Shown here: piece by piece, positions 1 to 10,115 of the stretch
Position numbering within the stretch: position 1 is the first letter of the stretch
Layout: each line of letters opens with the position of its first letter
Source of the DNA: Octopus vulgaris
Lineage: Eukaryota
Assembly: GCA_951406725.2 (NCBI GenBank)
Contig: OX597836.1
Span: 21,328,001 to 21,392,000, forward strand
Length of the DNA stretch: 64,000 nucleotides
Direction: 5' to 3'
Program-made: the position numbers and the translations under genes
The notes under the pieces: generated by a model
Seen by the model: the letters and a program-made list of their open reading frames with translations, nothing else
What the model was told of the DNA's origin: nothing
Databases searched by the model: none

Positions 1-57
1 TACCAGTCATACACACCCACCAGCCTCCCAGGCATATTCACTACATAAAATACTCAC

Positions 58-145
58 TCTCTCTTGCCGTAGTTCAAATGTAGATTTATTCGCCTGGCCA
101 CCAACAATCTCTGAAATGTCTTCTCCTTCTTCACTCTTGTTTTCA
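58..145 (-). CDS. MPHOSPH10: MPP10 coding exon 4 (gene continues beyond left edge)
   Basis: TTTCACAG acceptor (phase 2), ENKSEEGEDISEIVGGQANKSTFELRQER, AGA|GTGAGT donor. KSTFELRQER matches the conserved Mpp10 KSxFExRQE motif. Confidence 0.9.
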
Positions 146-466
146 CTGTGAAATGAAACAAAAGAAAAAAAATTAAAAATGGAATCAATTCTGAAAGAGA
201 AAAAGACGAAGAGAAAGAAAGAATCAACACTGCTGCTTGACTGACTGGTGTGGTATTTATTGACCCCCACCACCAAAACAAAGTTGACCTCTGCAGGATT
301 TGAACTCAGAACAGAGAGTCAGAACAAATACTGCAAAGTATTCTAACCAGTACTCTTCACCACTCTGCCAATGCATATGTGAGTGTATGTGTGCATACAT
401 GTGCATGTGTGTGTGTGCGTGCGCGCAGGTGTGTGTATATGCATGTGTATATATATATATATATAT

Positions 467-604
467 AAAATAAGCAACAAGAATGAATCCGGTAATTTAG
501 TACAATTGTTTCATACTACAACATTTTATTAAAAGCTTTTAATAAAATGTTGTAGTATGAAACAATTGTACTAAATTACCGGATTCATTCTTGTTGCTTA
601 TTTT
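467..604. repeat. Perfect 138-bp palindrome
   Basis: 467-535 is the exact reverse complement of 536-604, centred on AAAAGCTTTT with no spacer. Confidence 0.97.
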
Positions 605-737
605 TTATTATAATCACCCTGCATATGTTTATGGGTAACACCATACAAAATTCTGGTGCATCTAAATTAAGTACTATATACATTTGAATCTAAATTGTTG
701 CTGATCTTATAATTCCATATATATATATATATATATA

Positions 738-941
738 CAGGGTGTCTCAGAAGTCATGCACCATTCTGGTTTTCATTTAAAATAATTAAAGCATTTTATT
801 TTATATACTTTTCGGCATGTTTTATTGTAGAGGATTCACAATTTGAGCATTTGTTATGATTAATTTCAATAAAGTGCTTTTGAAATCAATAAGGGTGTAT
901 TCTTTTAAAAAACCAGGACGGCGCGCAACTTCTGGGACACC

Positions 942-944
<3 letters not shown>
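738..944. mobile_element. Tc1/mariner-type MITE
   Basis: TIRs CAGGGTGTCTCAGAAGT / ACTTCTGGGACACCCTG, inserted in (TA)n. Confidence 0.75.
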
Positions 945-978
<34 letters not shown>

Positions 979-985
<7 letters not shown>

Positions 986-1272
986 ATCACGTGACCGACC
1001 AGACCATCAGATGTTGCTACACATCGCTGGTCACAATGCGTTTGCATTGTTTTAGCCTTCGAATGACGCCACCCCGCTGGCTAAGCGAGCAGGCCAACAG
1101 AAGAAAGAGTGGTGAAGGAGTACAGCAGGGATCACCACCACCCCCTGCCGGAGCCTCGTGGAGCTTTTAGGTGTTTTCGCTCAATAAACACACACAACGC
1201 CCGGTCTGGGAATCGAAACCGTGATCCTATGACCGCGAGTCCGCTGCCCTAACCACTGGGCCATTGCGCCTC

Positions 1273-1275
<3 letters not shown>
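979..1275 (-). mobile_element. tRNA-derived SINE
   Basis: rc begins TGGAGGCGCAATGGCCCAGTGGTTAGG (A box) ... GGTTTCGATTCCC (B box); flanked by (TA)n. Confidence 0.85.
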
Positions 1276-1311
<36 letters not shown>

Positions 1312-1480
1312 TGATAATACCATAACAGCCAATATAAATGTTGATTAGTTAGGTGGTTGATTTCTCCAGTCATGCTTTATTTGGTGTAGAGAGAATGGGA
1401 GAGAGAGTAAAAATCAGATACAGAGGAAGTTAATTAACATAAGCAGTGCAGTATGAGTATCTTTTAACTTTCTGAATATA

Positions 1481-2077
1481 TTTCTTTACTACCCACAAGG
1501 GGCTAAACACAGAGAGGACAAACAAGGACAGACAAACGGATTAAGTCGATTACATCGACCCCAGTGTGCAACTGGTACTTATTTAATCGACCCCGAAAGG
1601 ATGAAAGGCAAAGTCGACCCCGGCTGAATTCGAACTCAGAACGTAACGGCAGACGAAATACCTATTTCTTTACTACCCACAAGGGGATAAACACAGAGAG
1701 GACAAACAAGGACAGACAAACGGATTAAGTCGATTACATCGACCCCAGTGTGCAACTGGTACTTAATTTATCGACCCCGAAAGGATGAAAGGCAAAGTCG
1801 ACCCTGGCTGAATTCGAACTCAGAACGTAACGGCAGACGAAATACCTATTTCTTTACTACCCACAAGGGGCTAAACACAGAGAGGACAAACAAGGACAGA
1901 CAAACGGATTAAGTCGAATACATCGATCCCAGTGTGCAACTGGTACTTAATTTATCGACCTCGAAAGGATGAAAGGCAAAGTCGGCCTCGGCGGAATTTG
2001 AACTCAGAACGTAACGGCAGACGAAAAATGGCTACGCATTTCGCCCGGCATGCTAACGTGTCTGCCAGCTCGCCGCC
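1481..2077 (-). mobile_element. tRNA-derived SINE family B with three tandem 184-bp body units
   Basis: Units start at 1481, 1665 and 1849; a single head GGCGGCGAGCTGGCAG (rc) at 2077; B box GAGTTC(A/G)AAT in each unit. Confidence 0.9.
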
Positions 2078-2184
2078 TTATATATATATATATATATATA
2101 ACAAGCTTCTTTTAGTTTAAGCAAGTATGCTCCACTGGATGGGTAATGTCAGTGTGCATATATGACAAGGTGTCAATGGTTTAA

Positions 2185-2404
2185 CCCTTTCGTTACTGCA
2201 TTTATTTTGAGATGCTCTGTGTTTCTTTCGATTATTTTAAATATAACAAAGAATTTAGTAAAATAACTTACTTATCATTCAGCTAGTTTTAGGAACATAA
2301 ATTGTGACTAAGGTTTGGTGAAAGATTTTAATTAAAAACTTATGAAAATAAGACATTTGTACACAGAGCCAGAGCTGGTTTCAGCCAGGTTGGTAACGAC
2401 AGGG
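2185..2404. mobile_element. piggyBac-type MITE
   Basis: TTAA on both sides, termini CCCTTTCGTTAC / GTAACGACAGGG; reverse-oriented copy at 46531-46747. Confidence 0.85.
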
Positions 2405-2408
2405 TTAA

Positions 2409-2670
2409 GAGAAAAATTGGGAATACAAGGCAGCAGATGCAGTGTGCAAGAGAGAAGACTGTGCTGGTACAGTTGTGTAATGCATATGAATGAAGACAGT
2501 TGCTGATTTCTAATTGTGGGAGGAGTACACCCAGGAGGACATGGGGCAAAGTGGTGAGAGAAGATTTTCAAACATTAGGCCTCACAGAGATGACAAGGGA
2601 TCGTGACTTCTGGTGTTTTGCTGTGCTTCAGAAGACACAGCAAAATACCAGAAGTCACGATCCCTAGTCA
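2409..2670 (+). mobile_element. Decayed RTE LINE ORF C-terminal fragment ending in a fold-back hairpin
   Basis: Similar to the rc of 34865-35140 (EKLG...VQERRL.WY...); 2591-2625 is inverted-repeated at 2636-2670. Confidence 0.7.
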
Positions 2671-2810
2671 CTAAGCATGTATGTATGTATCCATGTATAT
2701 GTATACTTTCATAAATATGTGAGATTTAAGTGAAAATTTCTGATCACATCACACCTCACCCACCCAAAGTATCAAATTATAAGATAAAAAAAAACTGACA
2801 AGAGACTTAC

Positions 2811-2923
2811 TCCTCATTTTGGTCATCATTGTCATCAATATCAGCAAACTTCACTTTCTTTTGATTAAGTGTTTCCATGGGACCTCTAAAGAAATCCTTG
2901 AATTTCAAATCTTTTACATTTTC
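2811..2923 (-). CDS. MPHOSPH10: MPP10 coding exon 3
   Basis: CTTTCAG acceptor (phase 0), ENVKDLKFKDFFRGPMETLNQKKVKFADIDDNDDQNE, GA|GTAAGT donor. LKFKDFF matches the Mpp10 LKYKDFF motif; phases are consistent. Confidence 0.9.
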
Positions 2924-3676
2924 CTGAAAGAGGAAGAAGAAAGATGAACAAATCAAAAATAAATTATATCTATATATTTATACATACATATCTATATATG
3001 AAAAGGTTTATTCTTATGTCAAGTTATATATATATATATCCAGTGTAACACTAAACTTAAGAATTACTCAATATATTTTTCTCAAGTACATGTACCTACG
3101 GGGTGGGGGAAAAGAAATTTGAGGCAAAACTGGAACTATGTGGTTGCAAAGCAAACTTCTGACCAATACAGTTACACTTGCACCTATGATAAAAAAAAAC
3201 AACAAAAAAACAGACTATTAAAAAAACTAAAACATGGTAAGAGTACAGATCATGGTCAAATAATGACTGAATGGTTTCAATAGGATCAGAGTGACGGAGT
3301 GGACTTGTCCGGTAGCTTGATAATGGAACGGGCTAAGTGATTTCATAATGAACTCAAATTAGAACATTAGTGTGCTTACAGTGAAAAATGGCTTCAAAAG
3401 ATTCAAATGTTATAGAATCTTCCTGAAAGTGTTATGCAACAAGAACTAATGAATTTTCATTTGATGCTTGAAAATTACACAGGGAAAAACACAACCTACA
3501 TGAAGCGATTTTGCTGAGATAAAATGTTTAAAAAGATAGCCAAAGGGAGTGTGTGCTTTGTAGCTTCAGCTTCAAGCACCCCAGCTGTTCCTCTTACTAT
3601 ATCTGAAATACAAGATGGAAGAATCAACTACAAAACAGACAGTAATCCCGATGATCCTCAACTTCAAAACCTTTGT

Positions 3677-3981
3677 TGTTTGTTCCTTGTCGAGCCATGC
3701 CTGGCTCATAAGGGCCGGTTTTCCCGGTTTCTTTGGCGTATAGGTTCACCAACTGGACGGGACACCGGTCCGTTGCAGGTGAGCTGCAAGACGCAGGAGG
3801 AAAGAGTGAGAGAAAGTTGTGGCGAAAGAGTCAGCAGAAGTTCACCATTACCTTCTGCCGGAGCCGCATGGAGCTTAGGTGTTTCGCTCATAAACATACA
3901 CATCGCCCAGTCTGAGATTCGAACCCGCGATCCCTCAACCGCGAGTCTGCTGCTCTAACCACTAGGCCATGAGCCTCCACA
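3677..3981 (-). mobile_element. tRNA-derived SINE with 12-bp target site duplication
   Basis: rc head GTGGAGGCTCATGGCCTAGTGGTTAG...GGGTTCGAATCTC; TSD CAAAACCTTTGT at 3665-3676 and 3982-3993. Confidence 0.88.
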
Positions 3982-4255
3982 CAAAACCTTTGTGATTAGA
4001 TCCATTAAAATTCTAAACTTTGCCATCTTGGGAGCAGAAATGTTACAGCCTTCTTTGTAAGTTCAGTAATTAATAAATGCACTAATGTAATAATGTAATG
4101 CGCAACTACTTGTATTTCATTTAAATTCAGATATAAATCTCTGTATTTGTGTAATTTAAGTTTCTAGCAGTTCATAGTACTTTGGATATATAGGGGGTAT
4201 ATATATAATTAGTAGGTTAGAGGTGTGTTGATGAATTATTATTACATGATCATAA

Positions 4256-4460
4256 GGTGGGGAGCTGACGGAATCATTAACATACCAGGCAAAATACTTT
4301 GCAGCATTTCGTCTGTCTTTGCTTTCTGAGTTCAAATTCTGCCAAGGTTGTCTTTACCTTTCATCATTTTGGGATTGATGAAATAAGTATCAGTCAAGCA
4401 CTGGGGTCGACTAGCCCCCTCCACCAAAATTTTAGGCCTTGTGCTTATAGTAGAAAGGAC
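4256..4460 (+). mobile_element. Diverged SINE family B copy
   Basis: GGTGGGGAGCTGACGGAATC head, TGAGTTCAAATTC B box, CTTTCATC...GATGAAATAAGTA core. Confidence 0.7.
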
Positions 4461-4616
4461 TACTGAGGCTGATATAATCAACTTTCCCGATCCTGCTGGC
4501 CTTGTGCCAAAATCTAAAACCATTATTATATGACCATGGATGGTCCAGCAAAATAGTTAATTTATCAAGGCTTTGGAACTAAAGATATCAGGAAAAAAAA
4601 AAAAAAAAGAGAGATA

Positions 4617-4789
4617 GGTGCAGGAGTGGCTGTGTGGTAAGTAGCTTGCTAACCAACCACATGGTTCCGTGTTCAGCCCCACTGCGTGGCATCTTGGGCA
4701 AGTGTCTTCTGCTATAGCCTCGGGCCGACCAATGCCTTGTGAGTGGATTTGGTAGACGGAAACTGAAAGAAGCCTATCGTATATATATG

Positions 4790-4822
<33 letters not shown>

Positions 4823-5020
4823 ATGTGTTTGTGTTTGTCCCCCTAGCATTGCTTGACAACCGATGCTGGTGTGTTTACGTCCCCGTCACTTAGCGGTTCG
4901 GCAAAAGAGACCGATAGAATAAGTACTGGGCTTACAAAGAATAAGTCCCAGGGTCGATTTGCTCGACTAAAGGCGGTGCTCCAGCATGGCCGCAGTCAAA
5001 TGACTGAAACATGTAAAGAG
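4617..5020 (+). mobile_element. tRNA-derived SINE family A, full length, internal (TA)/(TG) microsatellite
   Basis: GGTGCAGGAGTGGCTGTGTGGTAAG head ... GACTGAAACATGTAAAGAG tail; many homologous copies in the window. Confidence 0.88.
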
Positions 5021-5065
5021 AGATGTACCTGTAACTGAATTCAAAAAGAATAAAAGTATTCTTAC

Positions 5066-5870
5066 CTCTTCATCTGATCCAATGTCTTGAAAGACATCAA
5101 TATCATTGTCTTCATTTTCCGACGTATCACCAGGTTTCATCTTTCTTGCTTCAAGAGCATCTTGTTGTTTGAGAAATGTTTCCATTTCAGAAAGTTTGAA
5201 GAAATTGTCGTCCACAACTGATGATTTAGTTTTCTTCTTCTTCTTCGGCTTATCTTCATCCTGTTGGTTTGGTTCTGAGTCTTTGGAATCTTCCACATCT
5301 GAAACATCTTCCTGGAATTCTGTAGCCAAGTCATTAGGATCACCTTCAGAATCAGAACCGATGTCAGAATCTAAATGCTTATTAGTTCCAGAAAGTTGTT
5401 CATATTTTTTCAAGTTTGACTTTATCTTCACCAGTTCTTTGTCAATTTCATCATCATCATCATCATCATCCTCCTCCACCTCATCGTCATCACCATCACC
5501 CTCTTTGTCTTCTGAATTTTCAGCCAATGTTTCTTCCTCTACCCCCTTTTCTTCTGCATCATCTGAGACTTCATCATCATCATCATCATTACTTTCATCA
5601 TCAACATCACTGTCATCATTCTTGTCAAGTAATGATTTAGAAGTTTTAAAAGATATCCGCTCCTTCCCAGCAATTAGATGAGACAAATCAGTGATGAATT
5701 CAGATATCACTGCACCGTTGTACAACTCGAGTTCTTCCCAAACTTGCTCATTTTCAAAACTGTCCACAATTAATTCAGAAACAGCCCTTTTGACAGGAAG
5801 TTTTTGGAAAGTCAAATCATACAGCTTTTTCGTGGTTTCCTTTAAACATTCGGCATTCTTTTTATGAACA
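5066..5870 (-). CDS. MPHOSPH10: MPP10 coding exon 2
   Basis: TTTCACAG acceptor, GAG|GTAAG donor. Contains TKKLYD, LIVDSFENEQVWEELELYN, long acidic tracts and SVVDDNFFKLSEMETFL, all characteristic of Mpp10. Confidence 0.95.
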
Positions 5871-5986
5871 CTGTGAAAAGATAAAAGCAATAAATATTAC
5901 ATTTTATTTTCAGAATATCAAATTAATACAGCTTCGTTTTGGGATCTGGTTTGCAAGATTCTTTGTGTGAACTTGTGTGTTGAAGC

Positions 5987-6292
5987 AAATTTTGTTGTGT
6001 CTTATTATCTGACACACTGGTTTGATTTTCACTCATTATTTTTCCTTCCAAAATTTCCATTGCTTTTGCAACTTTGTCAATGTATATTGACTCTTGTCAT
6101 TATTCAGTGGACACATAAACACACCAGCACTAAATAACAGTCAGAATCAACATCCATTGACAAAGTTGCCAAAGCAATGAAAATTTTAGAAGAAAAAATA
6201 TAAAAAATAAATGAGTGGAAATCGGACAAGTGAGTGTGTTAAATAATGAGGCCATTAAGACAATATGACTCGCCCCAGGCACAACAAAATTT
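5987..6292. repeat. Imperfect inverted repeat of a dispersed element (homologous to 52000-52195)
   Basis: 5987-6082 is complementary to 6155-6292 with indels; the same family occurs at 52000-52195. Confidence 0.7.
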
Positions 6293-6652
6293 ATACAGTT
6301 TTGAGCAAATTTATATAATATATGTAGCAGAAATAATAGCGAAACGTGAAAGGAAGGGTGTTAGGAAGGTCATCCAGTTATAGAGACCAAGTCAAAATAA
6401 ACTATGGAACCTGGTGTGACTCCAGTTCTTGTTAAGCTATCCAACCCATACCAGCATGGAAGATGGATGTTAAATGTTGAAGATGATGATGAAAGAGTTG
6501 ATTCAATAATATCATTATCATTGTTTTAATGTTCTCTTTTCCATGTTAGCATGGGTCAGACAGAATTTATTGAGGTAGATTTTTTTATAGTTGGATGCCC
6601 TTCCTATGGCTACTAACCCTCACGTGTTTCCAAGCAAGGAAATATTTCCTAA

Positions 6653-7049
6653 CTTGCAGTATCGCCCGGCGTTGCTCGGGTTTGTTTCGACCCTTTAGAA
6701 TTGGAATTTTTGAAAATTAAAAATTCTGCATTATGTAGCTTGTTATTCTCTTTAAGTGAACAATTTTCTGGTTGAAATACACCAAAAAATGGCGACACAG
6801 CAGTCAAAAAATTGTATTAAAAGAAAATAGGGATTTTCATAGAAAAAAAAGCACCTTTTTGATGTAAATAATTTTTGGTGTTAACATGGTCTGATTTGAA
6901 TTTTATCATCTATGGAGGGAAGAGCAAGCCTTCTTCTATCATTGTCTCAATTTTGGTCAACTTGCACCACAGGGTCTCGGAGGAGATAGTGTTAGTTGAA
7001 GGCTACCAAACCTGCTACACACAGACAACTTCAACTTTATATATATAGA
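6653..7049 (-). mobile_element. Non-autonomous Helitron
   Basis: rc starts TCTATATATA and ends with hairpin CCCGAGCAACGCCGGG + CAAG (decayed CTAG); near-identical to 21462-21847. Confidence 0.8.
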
Positions 7050-7169
7050 TGACTAGACATGTACATAGAAGGCTGGACAATAATGATACCACTTCTATAC
7101 CAGCAATGCTCATTTACAACTATCCAATGTCAAGACAAAGGGGCACAAACACACACATATCATATGTAT

Positions 7170-7405
7170 GCATGTATTTTTCTTCTGTTTTAGTCTTAAG
7201 ACTGTGGCCATGCTGGGGCACAGGCTTGAAGAATTTTTAGTCAAATGTACCAACTCCAGTACTTATTTTTTTAAAGCCTGGTACTTATTCTATCAGTCTC
7301 TTTTGCTAAACCACTAAGCTATGGAGACCAGCACTGGTTGTCAAGCAGTGGTAGGACAAACACACACACACACACACGACAGGCTTCTTTCAGTTTCCAC
7401 TCACA
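7170..7405 (-). mobile_element. SINE family A fragment
   Basis: rc similarity to 4740-5020. Confidence 0.7.
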
Positions 7406-7439
7406 AGGTAGTAGGAATTAAGTTTACACTTACTGGATG

Positions 7440-8156
7440 ACTATTGTTACCTCATCCAATAAGTGTAAACTTAATTCCGACAACCTAAATATATATAATC
7501 ATAACATAGGTCAATACAGTGGAAACACTAACACTGAACATGACAGTATATACCACACCCATAACCCTAGCACTATAACTAGCATAAACCAGGATACAAT
7601 CATCCCTGCTTCTGAGAAAGGTCAGAGTATGGCTATAGCTCTAATACAACCAGTACTACCACTACTACTAATACCATTAATAACAATAGTAATAACAATA
7701 ATAACAGTGATAATAATACAAGCCAATCCCCTAATACCAGCCTAAACTTAACTCGTCCATAAAGAGTACAGCATCATCCCTTTCCCCAACTAACCCACAT
7801 AAGTCAGATAGTTGCAACTGCCGGTCTGGGACGGAATGCCCACTACAAGCCCACTGCAGAAGGTTTAGAGTAGTATACAAATGCATTGTCCATAACATAT
7901 TACATAATTCTACTAGCTGCTACATCAGGTCTACTATTAATTTTAAACAGATATTCTACACTCATCTAAATATGAAGAGCATAGTAAATCCATGTCCCTA
8001 GCCAACCACATACATAATCTGATAAATAGGAAAGTACCATATGGGATATCCTGGGTCATAGTAGATTCTGGTGTCCCATACCAAGGCCAGAGCTCCACAT
8101 GTGGTCTCTGCCTGAAAGAAGGTCTCCAAATATTAATTCATAATTTACCAGGTTTA
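7440..8156 (+). mobile_element. Penelope-like element fragment (GIY-YIG endonuclease with CNC-CPL-C motif, Neptune-like), decayed
   Basis: From 7813 reads CNCRSGTECPLQAHC..VVYKCIV...YIRST..FKQIFYTH; after a frameshift, SLANHIHNL...ISWVIV....PY....TCGLCLKE..LQI. Confidence 0.85.
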
Positions 8157-8233
8157 GGTTAAATGCTATGATATAGATAAATAAATGGAGTTAAACACGG
8201 GTGTTATTCAAATCTTTTTACTTTTTTTTTTTA

Positions 8234-8293
8234 CTTCCAACATATGTTTCGAAGAAAACCTTGGTATTATTGCAATCTTCTCATCAGGGAAAG
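8234..8293 (-). ncRNA. Minimal type I hammerhead ribozyme (Penelope-type)
   Basis: Minus strand CUUUCC-CUGAUGA-GAAGA(loop)UCUUC-GAAA-C-AUAU-G-UU-GGAAG: complete core, 5-bp stem II, palindromic minimal stem III, stem I closes. Confidence 0.75.
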
Positions 8294-8388
8294 AAAGAAA
8301 CCAAACATATCAATAAGACATTTTAACTCCTATTTAAGCATGTGCAACATTCTGTTAAAAAGTCTTATTGATGTGTTTGGTTTCTTTC

Positions 8389-8476
8389 TTTCTCTGATGA
8401 GAAGATTGTATTGTTTTACACCATTTTATTCCTTCTGGAATAATACCAATGTTTTCTTTGAAATATATGTCAGAAG
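8389..8476 (+). ncRNA. Second, more decayed hammerhead copy (inverted partner)
   Basis: UUUCU-CUGAUGA-GAAGA...UCUUU-GAAA-U-AUAU-G-UC-AGAAG. Two C-to-T changes turn the closing pairs into G-U. Confidence 0.6.
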
Positions 8477-9032
8477 TAAAAAGATTTGAATAATACCTGA
8501 ATTTAACTATTTATATATATATATTTATCATACACACACACATAATGTGCTTCTTTCAGCTTACATCTACCAAATCCACTCACAATGACTCACAATCCCA
8601 GACTGACCATCCTGGGATTATAGCTGAAGACACCTACCAAAAGTGTCATGCAGTAGGACTGAATCTAGCAAACCTCTTAACCAAATGCCAATGAAGCAAG
8701 ATGTAAGCACAAAACATACCTAGAAAATATTATCCTCTCCACTCCTATTTAAGCATGTGCAACATTCAACAACAGTTCTCATGATCCCTCCAAATGTTAT
8801 CCCCCTCCCCCCTATCACTAGAGATAGTATATCCTAAACTTAGCTAAGACTGCATTCCTGCAACTGGCCATTCTGTTCGTGGACAGAAAATACTTCAGTC
8901 CCCAACTATTATTGATATTCTACATTGTGGGCCCGAAAAGCCGCCTGCTGTCTAAGAAAGTGTTGCTGTTGTACATGCTGACGTCCTATACTGTATTAGG
9001 AAACAGGTCACTTGACTAAATGGTATAAAATC

Positions 9033-9271
9033 GGTGGAATTCTGGTTTAAGCACCCAATATAACCCCTCTGATTATAAAAAAAAATTTCGAGAAAGAGTG
9101 GAAATTTTAGGATTGAGGGGTGGGGGCGTTAAAAAAATTCTTTTTTTTTTTTTACATAGATGTATGAATTCCCATGTGTAGAACAAATTCCCAAAATTTT
9201 TCTGAAATTTCCAAAAAATAGAAAAAAAGTTAAGAGGGGATATATGAGGGTGCTTAAACCAGAATTCCGCC
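9033..9271. mobile_element. MITE with about 38-bp TIRs and 8-bp TSD (Merlin/Mutator-like)
   Basis: GGTGGAATTCTGGTTTAAGCACCC / GGGTGCTTAAACCAGAATTCCGCC; ATAAAATC duplicated at 9025-9032 and 9272-9279. Confidence 0.82.
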
Positions 9272-10115
9272 ATAAAATCCCTTATAGACACACTCCAGTA
9301 TCTGTTTCCTCTCTCTGCTTAGAGCTGGTCGTTTTCATGTCCCTGCCATTCACTAACACATTCCAGACTCCCTTGTCTCTCCTTCTCCCTCATATCACCC
9401 TAAGTTGTGTCTAAGAACTCCAGGTCCTACGCTAACCATTTCGTCCAGTTCTTTGAAGGGTCTGCGAAGAGCATGAGCCCTGTCCATTCCTCCAAACCGG
9501 GTGAGTGAAAAAAAAGAAAGTAAAACTACATCATGTTTGCAAGCTGGCGGAATCGTTCGAGCAGTGCAGGTTTTGTATCCTTCTTTGCTTTCTGAACTAA
9601 AATCCTGCTGAGGTTAATGTTGTCTTATATCCTTTCGGAATCGATAAAATAAAGTACCAATCTAGTAATGGGGGCGATCTGATTAACTAACCATAACTGT
9701 TTAGCACTAGGCCAACTCTGATCAACCAAAGGATAAACTTATTTCAACCGTAATTATACTGCTGTTTAGGGATAACTGTGATTATATTATCGTAAGTATA
9801 CATCTTTTCTTTTAAGAAAACAAGAGCGTAGTTTGAGGAAAATTTGACTGCTATGGTCTAGCAGGCAGGATGGCTGCTAGTGACATTTCATTGTCAATAA
9901 AGCTTAAATAACACAACTTTTCGACAAGGCGATTTCGCTATCGTCTCCAAGGGACGTGTCCATAAATAAAACTGAGAAACCCACGTGTTTTTTCAGGACC
10001 GTATAACACAGCATAATACATATTAGAATACAAGGAATTTTTTTCTATTTCTCTTAACTGACAATAAAATCAACGATTTATATGAATATTTTCAACAATT
10101 TATATTTATACTCAC

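Larger units (their letters stand above)
8168..8531. repeat. Inverted repeat of a hammerhead-bearing Penelope-type terminal repeat
   Basis: 8168-8327 is complementary to 8354-8531 (with indels), 26-nt spacer. Confidence 0.85.

Noticed and set aside
1481-2077. CRISPR-like array
   Set aside because: Contiguous 184-bp units without unique spacers, eukaryotic context, no cas genes; a SINE multimer.
5106-5681. 191-aa Ser-rich plus-strand ORF
   Set aside because: Antisense shadow of the acidic MPP10 exon 2.
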